This document shows, piece by piece, positions 1-11,765 of a DNA stretch of 64,000 nucleotides (position 1 is its first letter; each line of letters starts with the position of its first letter). The stretch lies in the NCBI GenBank assembly GCA_964016885.1, contig OZ024744.1:62248001-62312000 (forward strand). The letters run 5' to 3'. Source of the DNA: Eledone cirrhosa. Lineage: Eukaryota. The position numbers and the translations under genes were made by a program. The notes below the pieces were generated by a model, which was not told where the DNA came from, did not search any database, and was given only the letters and a program-made list of their open reading frames with translations.

Positions 1-362
1 CTTTCCTTTAATATCTACACACTGACATATACCTACACATGACACATACGCCCCCCCCCCCTCCACAGACACACCACAAAAAAAACAAAAAAACACTATT
101 GCACTTCCCCAGAATTGCATCTCATTGGACTGAAATTCATTACATCAAACTGTGCCACCACTTCCTCCTACTCCTTCAAAATGCTCTGCTATCATTTAAT
201 CATACTCTTTCTATCAAAAGAATGAATTGCATAGTAGCTATGGATGGGTGCTAAACTGTTGCTTGCAGTTGACGAAGGAGTCATTCTTAAAACGATTTTT
301 GGTGATTACATCGTGGAAGAACCATTTAGTCATACACATACACACACACACTATATAAATAT

Positions 363-3300
363 ATGCGAGCACTCCTCATTGTTTCGACCGCGGACGGCTA
401 ACATAACCCCATCGCCCCCCGCCCCTCACCGCCCCCAACCCCCAAACGCAATCCAAAACTTCAAAACTTCAGAGTTGGTACCATAAATGTAGGCACCCTA
501 AAGGGTCGCGCTAACGAGGTTGTAGAAATGCTTGAACGTAAGGAGGTCGATGTTTGTTGTATTCAAGAGACCAGGTGGAGGGGTGGGTCTGCTAGGTTCA
601 TTGAGGGTAAAAAACGTTGTTATAAGCTTTTCTGGGTGGGAAACGACGATGGGCTGGGTGGAGTAGGAATCATGGTAGCAGAAAAGTGGGCAGATAAGAT
701 AATAGACGTAAATAGAGTGAACGACAGAATAATTAAAATACGACTTGTCCTCAATAGAACTACGGTGACAGTAATATCTGCGTACGCACCCCAATCCGGA
801 CTGCCCGGCACTATAAAAGACAGATTCTATGAGACACTGATGCTAACTACCTCCCAAATATCCGACAGTGACTATATAATTATCGCAGGCGACCTAAATG
901 GTCACGTTGGACAACATTGTGACGGCTACGACGAAATCCATGGAGGCTATGGGTTTGGTACTAGAAATGAGGAAGGCTCCAGAATCCTGGAATTCTGTGA
1001 TGCAAATAACCTAACTATCTGTAACACTAACTTCAAAAAACGTGACAATCACCTGATCACCTATAGATCCGGGGAACACACAAGCCAGGTAGATTATATC
1101 CTTACCAGAAGACGTGACAGAGTGTCTGTTGTTAACACTAAATCCCTCCCCCATGAAGAATGCACCTCCCAACATAGACTGATAATTAGCGACCTCATAG
1201 TCAGGACGAGACGTACTCGACAACAGAAGAGGACTATCCTCAGGAGGAAAATATGGAAGCTAAAGGACCCCACAGCCAGGAATAAATTTCAAAGCATATT
1301 ACTTGATGCTTTCGACAGTAAGGAAGAACATTTAGAGTCGGACAATATAGAGGGAGAGTGGGAATTTCTGAAAGCAAACCTGCTGTTGGCGACAGACGAG
1401 GTCTGTGGCTGGAGCAGGCCTGTAGGCAGGAGGAGAGTAACATGGTGGTGGAACAGTAAGGTGGAGGGGTCAATTAAGGCCAAAAAGCAGGCTTGGAAAG
1501 TATGGCGGGATGGGGGAAGTAGAGAGGACTATCAAGTGGCCAGGAGGGAAGCTAGGAGACAAGTGTACTTAGCAAGAAGGGAAGCTGAGGAAAGAAAGTT
1601 CAAGCATGTTCTACAACGCGATGACCAAAAACGTGAGGTGTTCAGGATTGCTAGGCAATGCGTCAAGGAAAACCGTGATATTGTCGGGGAGAAGTGTGTA
1701 CTAAACGACGATGGCACACTTGCCATCACCGACGCTGATAAGAAGGTAGCTTGGAAGTGTCACTATGAAAGGCTTCTAAATGAGGAGAATAATTGGGAGA
1801 AAGGCAGTCTCCCCCATATCGACCCAATAGAGGAACCAGCAGTGTTAGTCGAGGGGAGTATAATAAGTAAGGCAATCAAGGATATGAAGACTGGTAAGGC
1901 GGCTGGGCCTTCGGAAATAGTTGCTGAGATGCTGAAGGCATCTGGCACGGTGGGACACACCATGGTCACCCGCATAGTTAACCAAGTCGTACAGAATGGG
2001 GTTGTTCCGAAGGACTGGCATAGCAGCATCATCGTTAACTGTTATAAGGGTAAAGGAGACGCCCTAGATAGGAGTAACTATAGAGGCATTAAATTAATCG
2101 ACCAGGTCATGAAGGTCACGGAAAGAGTAATAGCGCAACTAATCAGAGAGAGAATTGACCTAGATGAAATGCAGTTCGGGTTTGTGTCAGGCAAAAGTAC
2201 CACAGACGCTCTTTTCATAGTACGACAACTACAGGAGAAGTACCTAGCTAAAGGTAAACCCCTCTACTTAGCTTTTGTCGACTTGGAGAAAGCCTTCGAC
2301 AGAGTCCCCCGCTCCATTATCTGGTGGGCTCTTAGAAAACTAGGCGTTGACGAATGGCTTGTGAGGGCTATACAAGCCATGTATAAAGAAACAGTCAGCA
2401 AGGTTAGAATTAACAACGAATATAGTGAAGAGTTTAGCGTAAAAGTTGGCGTCCATCAGGGCTCTGTTCTCAGTCCACTACTATTTATTATTGCCCTTCA
2501 GGCTATAACAGAGGAGTTCAAGACAGGCTGCCCATGGGAACTCCTATACGCAGACGACCTGACACTCATAGCGGAATCAATGGCCGAGCTAGAGAAGAAA
2601 TTCCAAACATGGAAGCACGGCCTAGAGTCAAAAGGACTTAAAATTAACCTGGCTAAGACCAAAGTACTAGTTTGTAGGAAAGAAAACAAGGCGGCGGTCC
2701 CTTCTGGGAAATGGTCGTGCTCGGTGTGTAGGAAAGGCGTAGGTAGAAACTCCATTTTATGTCCTAAATGCAAAGTATGGGTGCATAAAAGATGTAGTGG
2801 GATCACAGGTAAGCTAACTAAGAACATAGATTTTGCATGTGGCCGGTGCTCTGGTGCAATAAGTAGCAGCAAGTGCCCACAAACTACTAGCTCTTTCAAT
2901 TGCGCAGAGGGTTCTATAGAAATAGTGGACAGCTTCCGCTACCTGGGCGATAAAATCAGCAGTGGGGGAGGGTGCTCTGAAAGTACTGTAGCTAGAGTCA
3001 GAACTGGTTGGAAAAAGTTCAGAGAGCTTATACCACTATTAGCTGCTAAAGGGTTCTCACTAAAAATGAAAGGCAGGTTGTACGATGCCTGCATACGAAC
3101 AGCAATGCTGCATGGCAGTGAGACCTGGGCATTGTGTGCAGAGGATATACGCAGACTAGAGAGGAACGAAGCTTGCATGCTCCGCTGGATGTGTAACAGT
3201 AATATACGTGAACGGCAAAGCATAAACGAACTAAGGAAAAAATTAGAGATAAGAGGGATCAGATGTTGTTTACTCGAGAGAAGGCTACGTTGGTATGGAC

Positions 3301-3897
3301 ACGTGATGCGCATGAAAGTCGATAGCTGTATAACAAAGTGCAGGGCAATAAAGATAGACGGTAGTCACGGAATAGGCAGACCTAGAAAAACCTGGGACGA
3401 GCTGATAAACTCCGACATCACACACTTACACCTCTCCAAGACAATGTCACTGGACCGAGACCTTTGGCGGTACTCAGTAACAGAGAAGACCCGCCTTACC
3501 AAAATATATAGTAAAACCTACTCCAGCCAGTAGGCATCTCTAACAAAATACACCCCGTCCCACCACCCCCACCCGATCCACACCACCCCGTTCTATGTAA
3601 AGTTATGTTGGTGCCGCGCCTTCGAGGCCGAAACAAATGAGATCGTGTAGGTGTCACGACAAAAAAACACACAGTCCACGCTGTAATGTGGCCGTGTAGG
3701 CAACACGGTAAAAACCTCCCAGACCCACACTGTAAATGTGGTTGGTGTTAGGAAGGGCATCCAACTGTAGAAAACCTGCCAGACAGTCCTATGCGAGCAA
3801 GACAATCACTCTTGCCTCAAGTGGGACTACCCCCGTCCAAACCCATGCAAGCGTGGAACACGGACGTTAAACGTTGATGATGATGATGATGATGATG

Positions 3898-3899
<2 letters not shown>
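363..3899 (+). mobile_element. RTE-clade LINE, subfamily A copy 1 (5'-truncated)
   Basis: APE+RT ORF, 3' UTR ending cggacgttaaacg-(GAT)n into (TA)n; highly similar to the copy at 12843-16840, matching from atgcgagcactcc onward. Confidence 0.95.
528..3533 (+). CDS. RTE ORF: AP endonuclease + reverse transcriptase with internal PHD finger (1001 aa open)
   Basis: IQETRW, AGDLNGHVG, VDYIL, SQHRL (APE); QFGF, FVDLEKAFD, GVHQGSVLSP, YADD, FRYLG (RT); RRLRWYGH and GRPRKTW (RTE C-terminus). The N-terminal GTINVGTL is out of frame because of an 8-nt duplication (aaaacttc twice near 455-470). Confidence 0.93.
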   Translation: MLERKEVDVCCIQETRWRGGSARFIEGKKRCYKLFWVGNDDGLGGVGIMVAEKWADKIIDVNRVNDRIIKIRLVLNRTTVTVISAYAPQSGLPGTIKDRFYETLMLTTSQISDSDYIIIAGDLNGHVGQHCDGYDEIHGGYGFGTRNEEGSRILEFCDANNLTICNTNFKKRDNHLITYRSGEHTSQVDYILTRRRDRVSVVNTKSLPHEECTSQHRLIISDLIVRTRRTRQQKRTILRRKIWKLKDPTARNKFQSILLDAFDSKEEHLESDNIEGEWEFLKANLLLATDEVCGWSRPVGRRRVTWWWNSKVEGSIKAKKQAWKVWRDGGSREDYQVARREARRQVYLARREAEERKFKHVLQRDDQKREVFRIARQCVKENRDIVGEKCVLNDDGTLAITDADKKVAWKCHYERLLNEENNWEKGSLPHIDPIEEPAVLVEGSIISKAIKDMKTGKAAGPSEIVAEMLKASGTVGHTMVTRIVNQVVQNGVVPKDWHSSIIVNCYKGKGDALDRSNYRGIKLIDQVMKVTERVIAQLIRERIDLDEMQFGFVSGKSTTDALFIVRQLQEKYLAKGKPLYLAFVDLEKAFDRVPRSIIWWALRKLGVDEWLVRAIQAMYKETVSKVRINNEYSEEFSVKVGVHQGSVLSPLLFIIALQAITEEFKTGCPWELLYADDLTLIAESMAELEKKFQTWKHGLESKGLKINLAKTKVLVCRKENKAAVPSGKWSCSVCRKGVGRNSILCPKCKVWVHKRCSGITGKLTKNIDFACGRCSGAISSSKCPQTTSSFNCAEGSIEIVDSFRYLGDKISSGGGCSESTVARVRTGWKKFRELIPLLAAKGFSLKMKGRLYDACIRTAMLHGSETWALCAEDIRRLERNEACMLRWMCNSNIRERQSINELRKKLEIRGIRCCLLERRLRWYGHVMRMKVDSCITKCRAIKIDGSHGIGRPRKTWDELINSDITHLHLSKTMSLDRDLWRYSVTEKTRLTKIYSKTYSSQ

Positions 3900-3931
<32 letters not shown>

Positions 3932-4055
3932 AGAGGTTATATTTAATTTGTTGGGATACAACAAGCAAAATATTTTTATAATTGATACTCAACAAATTAT
4001 TGGAGTAAATATACAAAAAATATATATCTATATATATATCTATATATATCTATAT

Positions 4056-5225
4056 AAGAAAGGGTCTCAAAGTCAACATGTCAAAGACTAAGGTCCTTGT
4101 AAGTAGACGAGAAAACAGAACCCAGATCCCCTTAGGGAAATGGCCTTGCTCAGTATGTAGGAAAGGTGTAGGAAGGAACTCCATTCTCTGCCCCAAATGC
4201 AAACAATGGGTACACAAGAGATGTAGCGGGATCTCAGGAAGCTTAATTAAGAATGTAGGCTTCACATGCAGCAGGTGTGCTGGGACAGCAAGCAGCAAAC
4301 AGCCACAGGAAACAAGTACCACCAATCTCTGGGAGGGCTCTGTAGAAACAGTAGACAGCTTCTGCTACCTAGGTGACCGAATTAGCAGCGGAGGTGGGTG
4401 TTCAGAAAGTACAATAACTAGGGTAAGAACGGAATGGAAGAAGTTCAAGGAACTACTGCCACTGCTAGCTGCAAAAGGCTTCTCCCTCAAAATGAAAGGC
4501 AGAGGAGCTCTACCAGTTCGAGACAAGCTCTACAGAGATGAGCGCCCGGGCAGGGACCCTACAAAAAAGATCTGTCCGAGATGCGTGCGAGACGAAGAAA
4601 CCGTCGCGCACGCATTCATACACTGCCCGGGCGTCACTGACCTGTGGGACTATGTAGAACGACTATTGTCGCGGGTGGGACCAATCCGGTTGACCACCGA
4701 GTCCATTGTCATGATCAAACCGCCACCCTCCTTCAAAAACGAAGGAGAGGCGGTTTTCCTTTGTGTGATAGCTATGGCGAAAGAGGTTGTATGCTGGACA
4801 GGTTGAAAGGGCTGAGGTCAGACACCTTTCTCTCAGGCCAACAACTGATTCTTTTTTTCAAATACCACTTTGGAAGAAGAATCAGGATGGAGAGAGAGGT
4901 GCTGTACCCCAGCAAGTTTTATGAAAGGTGGGTGAAAGTGGCGAGAATGGCCCGAGTGAATGGGCCTTCTCTCTATATCAGCCTGTAGGTTGAGGAAAAG
5001 GAGGAGGAGAGGAAAGGAGTACAAACTCTTCGTACTCCTGGAGATGAGGGTTGCACATTTTTTCGGGGGTATGTGTTACCCATATAAACTGTCTCCCCCT
5101 ATTGGGGAAAATCGACTAACTTTTTAAATTGCATTTGTGATAACATTTTACACGTTTTTATTGTATGTAAACTTCCCCCTTTGTATTTGTCCCCTTCTTT
5201 TGTGCCTATGTGGCTAATAAAGAAA
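4056..5225 (+). mobile_element. Chimeric insertion: RTE subfamily B fragment (4056-4503) fused to a Tx1 3' end (4500-5225)
   Basis: ORF 4078-4806 switches from RTE sequence (PHD, FCYLG, KGFSLKMKGR) to Tx1 sequence (CPRC..ETVAHAFIHC); ends aataaagaaac-(TA)n; TA tracts on both sides. Confidence 0.9.
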
Positions 5226-5802
5226 CATATATATATATATATATATATATATCCAGTGGGTGTATATCTTTAACTTTTTGGGTTTCATTCATTTAATTTG
5301 TTTTAGATTTATCTTATTTTATTTTATTTTATTTTATTTTAATTTATTCTGGCTCCTTTATATTTCATGTGGATATCATTTGATGTTCACTTTGTTTTGG
5401 TGTTTTAATCGCGAAATATTCTTTGAACGATATTTATTACTAATATTTATAGTTTTCTTTGACCGCTCTCTCTCTTTCTGAATTGCTATTTCTCACGCTG
5501 TCTCTGTCTCTCCTTCCTCTCTCTCTCTCTCTAGATCACACGAGCTATCTCCCTCTCTAAATCTCACCTTGAATTTCTCACCGGACTTATCTATCTCCAC
5601 TCTACCCCCCACCTCTTCCCGCTATCTCTCTCGCTCCTCTCTTCTATCTCTCACCCCTTTCTTTTCTTCTGTTTCTTTTTCATTTTCTCTCTCTCTAGAT
5701 CGCACAAGCTCTCTTTTCCTCTAAAGCGCTCCTTAAATTTCTCACTGGACTTATATCTCCATCTGTCCCTCTCTAACCTCTATCTCTCCCCTCCACAGCG
5801 AA

Positions 5803-6634
5803 ATGGACTGCATACAGGAAAAAGGTGAAATTAGGAGTCAGAGAAACTGGTCAAAGATGGAACTAGCGGTTTTGATCAAGGGGTGGACCATGGCTGATGG
5901 ATTTCCACCAAGCAAAAAGATGGCGGAGAACCTGAAGAGCCATGGGTTTCTGAGGACCCTGGCACGGATAGAGAGAAAGAGAAAAGAAATTGAGAAGGCG
6001 TATGTCCTCATAGTGCCACATATGGTGATGCTGCCGTGTCCTCAAGGAGGAGAAAACCGAACAGAAGGGAGAGGAGAAAGGAGAGGAAAAAGAAAAGGAG
6101 GAGAGCACAATCACGGACCTGAAAGAAAATGAGATACCCTCCGCCACAGTCAGGGAGGGCAGGCTGGGCAACCAACAAGCAAAAGGTAAAGGTGAAAAGC
6201 GAAATCACCTCCCGAAGGAGAACCAAGTGCAGAGGGACCAGTGGACAACTGGTCAAAGGAAGAACAGAAAGCACCGAGACACTGGGAGCAAAAAAACCCA
6301 AGTAATGTGCAAGTTTTTCAAGAACGGGACCTGCTGGCATGGAGAGAGAGGGATGGGATGCAGATTCGCCCACCCCAGGTCTCAAACAAACTATGCCCAT
6401 CCTATTCGCGCAACATGCCCCAGCCAAAGCCGAAATAAGCCGCTCCAGAAGTATGCTGATGTCGCGCGTGCCGCACCAACAAGGAGAAGGCACGCACATG
6501 CCGACGAGATACAGATGGCAGCAGCAGAGCAGAAAATTTTTTCAGTGATGGCAGAGAAGATTGTGGGACAGCTGACCTGGCTACATCGTCTCCAGAGCCA
6601 GGGTCACCCACACCAGCACTTGAGACCACCATAG
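5803..6634 (+). pseudogene. LINE ORF1 (frameshifted): Myb/SANT-like N-terminus + CCCH zinc finger
   Basis: RNWSKMELAVLIKGW...MAENLKSHGFLRTLARIERKRKEIEKAY (5803-6132); CKFFKNGTCWHGERGMGCRFAH (6227-6634, different frame). Confidence 0.7.
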
Positions 6635-6648
6635 CTAAGGGACCCAGA

Positions 6649-9600
6649 GTGGCCGCCGGTGACACCAGACCAGGTGTCATACCGACAGCCATTACTGGCA
6701 CCCCAAAAGTCACACCAGTGCTGCTGCTGAATGTCAGAGGCCTGATGAAACTCAGTAACATGAGTAAAATTTCTTACCTGGGAGACTTAGCCATAAGCAA
6801 TCAAGCATTATGCATGGCACTAACCGAAACACACCTGACAAGCAGTATAGCAGATGCAGAAATACATATACCGAAATATACTGTATTTCATTCGGACAGG
6901 AAGGAGAGAACTCATGGTGGGGTTGCTCTGTATATCCGTGAAGATGTCACACCAATTGTACTGTTGACACATTCAAACTCAGTCTGTGACACACTGATAA
7001 TACATATGAAACAACTACAGACAGTAATATGCGTCACATATCGGCCGGCCGATGCCCCCAGTCATGAGGTTAAATTTGAGGATAGCCTAAGTAGGATAGA
7101 AGAGGTCCTTGACAAACTGGACCAGGGTCTCAACATTTTACTGCTGAGAGACTTCAACCTACCAAAGGTCAAATGGCCTGAGGGCCACCTCCTCCCTGAA
7201 ATGACGTCAGTAGAACAGAGACAGACGGAATCCCTGCTGGCCCTCACACACAGGCTGTTCACGGAGAAAGCAATACTCCTCCCAACAAGAGGCAAAAATG
7301 TCCTGGACCTCTGTTTTACAAACAACGAAGTGCTCATCCACAATGTAAAGGTGACACCAACAATTCTCTCAGATCATAACTTAGTAGAGCTAATGATATG
7401 TGGTCCGAGAGAACCAACAGAGACAAAACCACCAAGAAGCTCCGGGACGTTATCCAGCCTTAACTTCTACAAGGCTAACTGGAAAAAGATTAAGAGAGAA
7501 ATCCGGAAGCAAACATGGAGTGAAAACACCGCCACACAAGACACTAACACACAATTTCAACACTTCATGACAACGATACACACTATATGCAAAAAGTTTG
7601 TCCCGGAGAAAAAGGCAAACAGACAAAAATCTTATTCCCAGAGATAGGAAAATCCTTATGAGACGTAGAACCAAGCTCTCAAACCAGTTGAATAGTCAAC
7701 AAGAAAACAAAAACAAGAAGGAATCCTATTTGAAATGTGCACTACTTGGCACCGAGATTGCACTCAAACTTTCCCATGAAAATGAGAGGGCAAAGAAAGA
7801 GAACAGGGCCATAGAAACCATTAAAACAAACCCTAAGGCCTTCTTTAAATTTGCAAAAGAAACTGCCTCGGTACACTGCAAGATTGGGCCACTCTTCCAT
7901 ACGGACGGTTCATTAACCGAAAACCCCCAAGAGATATGTGAAATACTGAACGAACAGTACAAAAGTGTGTTCACATGTCCACTGAGGCACATGCAAATAA
8001 CAAAGCCAGAGGAGTTCTTTGATGCCACAACACTACATGAAGAAATGGCGACCATCAACCACATAGACATAACGGAGGAGGATGTGGTGTACGCCATAGA
8101 TGAAATTAGAACAGACTCAGCTGCTGGACCTGATGGATACCCAGCAGTTCTCTTAAAAACATGTAAGCGGGCCTTAGCAACTCCACTGAAGATGCTCTTC
8201 AGAAGCTCCTTGGTTAGCGGTGTACTACCCAGGGAGCTGAAAGAAGGCACAATATGCCCTATCCATAAAGGAAGTAGCAGAGCGGAGGCCAAAAACTATA
8301 GGCCAGTCTCCCTGACGTCGCATATCAGTAAGGTCATGGAGCGAGTCGTCAGAAAGAAACCGATCACTTTCCTCGAGGAAAATGACCGCCTGACTAGCAC
8401 GCAACATGGCTTCCACCCAGGAAGAAGCTGCCTTACACAGCTGCTACATCACTACGACTGGGTACTGAAACAACTACTAGACAGCTCACATGTGGATGTG
8501 ATATATCTTGACTTTGCGAAGGCCTTTGACAAGGTCGACCACGGAATGATATGTCACAAACTACACGGACTCGGCATAACTGGAAAAGTAGGTGAGTGGC
8601 TGCATGACTTCCTAAAGGACAGAAGCCAGACAGTCGCAGCAAATGGGGCCCTCTCAAAGGAAACACCAATAACAAGTGGGGTGCCCTAGGGGACAGTCTT
8701 GGGACCACTACTGTTTTTGGTGGCTCTCTCAGACATGCCCTCTGTAGTACATACAACAACATCCCTCACTAGCTATGCTGATGACACTAAGGTAGCACAG
8801 GCAATAAAAAAACCCGGCTGACGCTGCCCTTTTACAAGATCTGGATGCCATATACAAATGGGCGGAAGAAAACAACATGCAGTTTAATGCTGGCAAATTC
8901 CAAGCCCTACAATACAAACCTCCAAACAAACCTGCAAACACAAATATAGTACAACACAACTACACAGGACCAGGAGGGACCGATATCCCCGTGTCAAAAT
9001 CGATACGAGACCTGGGCATAGACATGAGCGATGATGCATCTTTTTCCTCACACATCATGAAAGTGGCGACAATGTGCAGACGACTCGCTGGCTGGATCTT
9101 GAGAACTTTCCGGACAAGAGACCGAGACACCATGTTGACACTATGGAGGACATTTGTCCTAAGCCGCCTGGACTACTGCTCCCAATTGTGGTCACCCCAT
9201 AGTGTCTAACCTTGGAGCAATCCAGCAAAGCTACACCAAGAGGATTGCCACAATGAAGGAGACAAGTTACTGGGAGAGGCTAAAGGAACTGAACCTCTAC
9301 TCCTTGGAACGAAGACGGGAGAGATACGCAGTGATCTACATGTGGAAAATCCTGGAGGGACTAGCACCAAACTTTGGCATTGGGAGCTGGACCAATCGTC
9401 AAACAGGACGTCACTGTGTGGTGCCAAAGGTCCCGTCTTCCACATCTAGAATAAGGAGCAGGTATTGCAATAGCCTGGGATTCAAGGGACCTCAACTCTT
9501 CAACAAGCTGCCGAGGGATCTGAGAGATTTGCATGACGTAGAGGTGGATGTCTTCAAGAAACATCTCGACACCTTGCTGTCCAGGATCCCGGATGAGCCC

Positions 9601-9684
9601 ACAGCAAGGCACGAGGGAAACCTAAGGGCAGCAGCAACAAACTCCCTCTTACACCAGTGGCCAACCTATACAGGCTGGAGATAA
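6649..9684 (+). pseudogene. LINE ORF2 APE+RT, CR1 group, with frameshifts and a stop
   Basis: LNVRGL, LTETHL, GGVALYI, DFN, LDL, SDH; NYRPVSLTS, QHGF, YLDFAKAFDKV, SGVP*G, YADD, RDLGI, YWERLKELNLYSLERRRERY. Confidence 0.9.
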
Positions 9685-9792
9685 AATGTGTAGCAACAAG
9701 GGCGGTGCCCCAGCATGGCCTCAGCCGGATGGCTGAAACAGGTAAAAGAGTAAAAGAGTAATATCTATATCTATCTATATCTATATTTATCT

Positions 9793-11604
9793 GGGATGGA
9801 CACACGCGTGAAACTTGCTGAGTAAGAAATTCTTGACTGTAAACCTTCATTTTAGTACCATTTTGTAGAGGGACTGCCAGGTTAAATTTTGATCTGGTCA
9901 AATTTTGATCTGGTCAGTCTCTCAAAATATTCTACAACTTTAGGCGAAATAGTTAACAAAAAGTTTTTTTTTGAAAAGCTAACATCTTTTTTAAATGGCT
10001 GAAGCTTCTTCACCAACATTCGAAGGAGGAAAGGGGAAGATATGCTTACAGCTTCCCCCTGCCACTGTCATAGTAGCAGATGTCAAAGACAAAGGTCAGC
10101 CAGAGGAAGGATTTTCTCCACCTGCTGACCGACAACTTGACATTGCCATGGCAACAAACCAAAAGTGTGAAACAATGAACAAAACCAACACAACCAGCAG
10201 CACCAGGAACAACAACAACGCTAAGAACGAAAACAACAACAACAGGACCAATAACTGTGATAACAACAACAATGATAACAACAACACCACCAACTATAAC
10301 AGTAACACAAACAAGGAAAAGGTCTCCTTCGCCCAGACGGCAAGGAAAACCCTCGACTATCTGGGAAACTCTCGCCAAAATAGACCGCACGCACTTCCAA
10401 TTCATTTGGAAGAAGCGGGCTCCTATGGTGAGGAGATCCATCTGCTGTCAACACCCTTCGAAAGGAGGGCTGGGGATGCCGTGGCTAATGATACGTAAAC
10501 ACGCATTAAGGCTACGGCACCTCCAGGTATTCCTCACCGGTCAACCAGTGTGGGCCCCGTTTGTGAGGCGAGCCTTTCCCAGACTCGTCTCGCTCACTGA
10601 GCTGCAATCCTGGGTCAAGCAAAGACCGAGAAAACTGGGTGCCTGGCACACCGAGGCTCTCTGGCACGTGGACCCGGCTGTCAGTGGAGACTCCACCTCG
10701 TCATTCTATAGAGGGCTGGTGGTTAGCAGGTGCGACGACGCCCTCGGAGAAGCCCTAGGCATGGAGGAAAACGAACTGGCTAATCTGTTCGGTAGGACAT
10801 TGAGCCCGGGACCCATGCATAAGATCCAGAGGTCCCTGGCCTGGCAGTGCTACCGAAGGGCTCTGCCCATTCGAGAAAGGCTCTACAGACACGGGTGCCT
10901 GAGTAGGGACCCCTCGAAAAAGATCTGTCCCAGATGCGTGTGCAACGAGGAAACCGTTGCACACGCATTGGTACACTGCTTGGGCATTGCCGATCTGTGG
11001 GGCTATGTCGAACAACTGCTGTCAAGGGTGGGACCGATCCGGTTGACCACCGAGTCTATTGTAACGATCAAGCTGCCTCCCCTCTTCAAAAACGAAGGAG
11101 AGGCGGTGTTTCTGTGCGTAATAGCCATGGCGAAAGAGGTTGTATGGTGGACGCGTCTGAAAGGACTGAGGTCAGACACCTTTCTCTCTGGCCAACAACT
11201 GGTCCGTTTCTTCCGATATCATTTCGGAAGAAGGATCAGGATGGAGAGAGAGGGGCTGCACCCCAGCTGTTTTTATGAAAGATGGGTGAAATTGGCGAGA
11301 ATGGCCCGTGTGAATGGGCCTTCACTCTACATCAGACTATAGGTGAGGAAGATGAAAGATCAAGGGAGCACCCCCTCTCTGTGCTCCTGAGGAGAAGGGT
11401 TGCACACTTTTTTTCGGGGGTGTGTGCGACCCCAAGGCGCCTCCTCCCTATTGAGGATTTTGTTATAAAATTTATTTTGTTATGTTGTATTTTATTTTTA
11501 TATCTTGTTATTGCCTCCTCCTTATTGAGGACTCCTTGTTATGTAAACTCCCCCCATTGTACTTGTCCCACTTTTTGATGCCCTTGTGGCAAATAAAAAG
11601 AAAA
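9793..11604 (+). mobile_element. Internally deleted Tx1-type LINE (5' UTR + ORF1 start joined to ORF2 3' end)
   Basis: Matches 17081-17618 then jumps to the equivalent of 21480 at junction 10363/10364; same 3' end ggcaaataaaaagaaa. Confidence 0.92.
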
Positions 11605-11765
11605 TTATCTCTCTCTATATCTCTCCCTATCTATATATATATATATCTATATATATAGAGATATATAGAGATATATAGATATATATATATATAGAGATAT
11701 AGAGATATATATATAGAGAGAGAGATATATAGATATATATATATAGATATATATATCTATATATA

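Larger units (their letters stand above)
5253..9761 (+). mobile_element. Apparently full-length CR1-group LINE with disrupted ORFs
   Basis: Pyrimidine-rich 5' UTR, ORF1, ORF2 in several pieces, tail ggcggtgccccagcatggcc...tgaaacag(gtaaaaga)2gtaa; flanked by TA/TATC tracts. Confidence 0.88.

Noticed and set aside
498-3313. Many minus-strand ORFs over the RTE (and over other LINEs)
   Set aside because: Antisense shadows of coding sequence with no domain motifs
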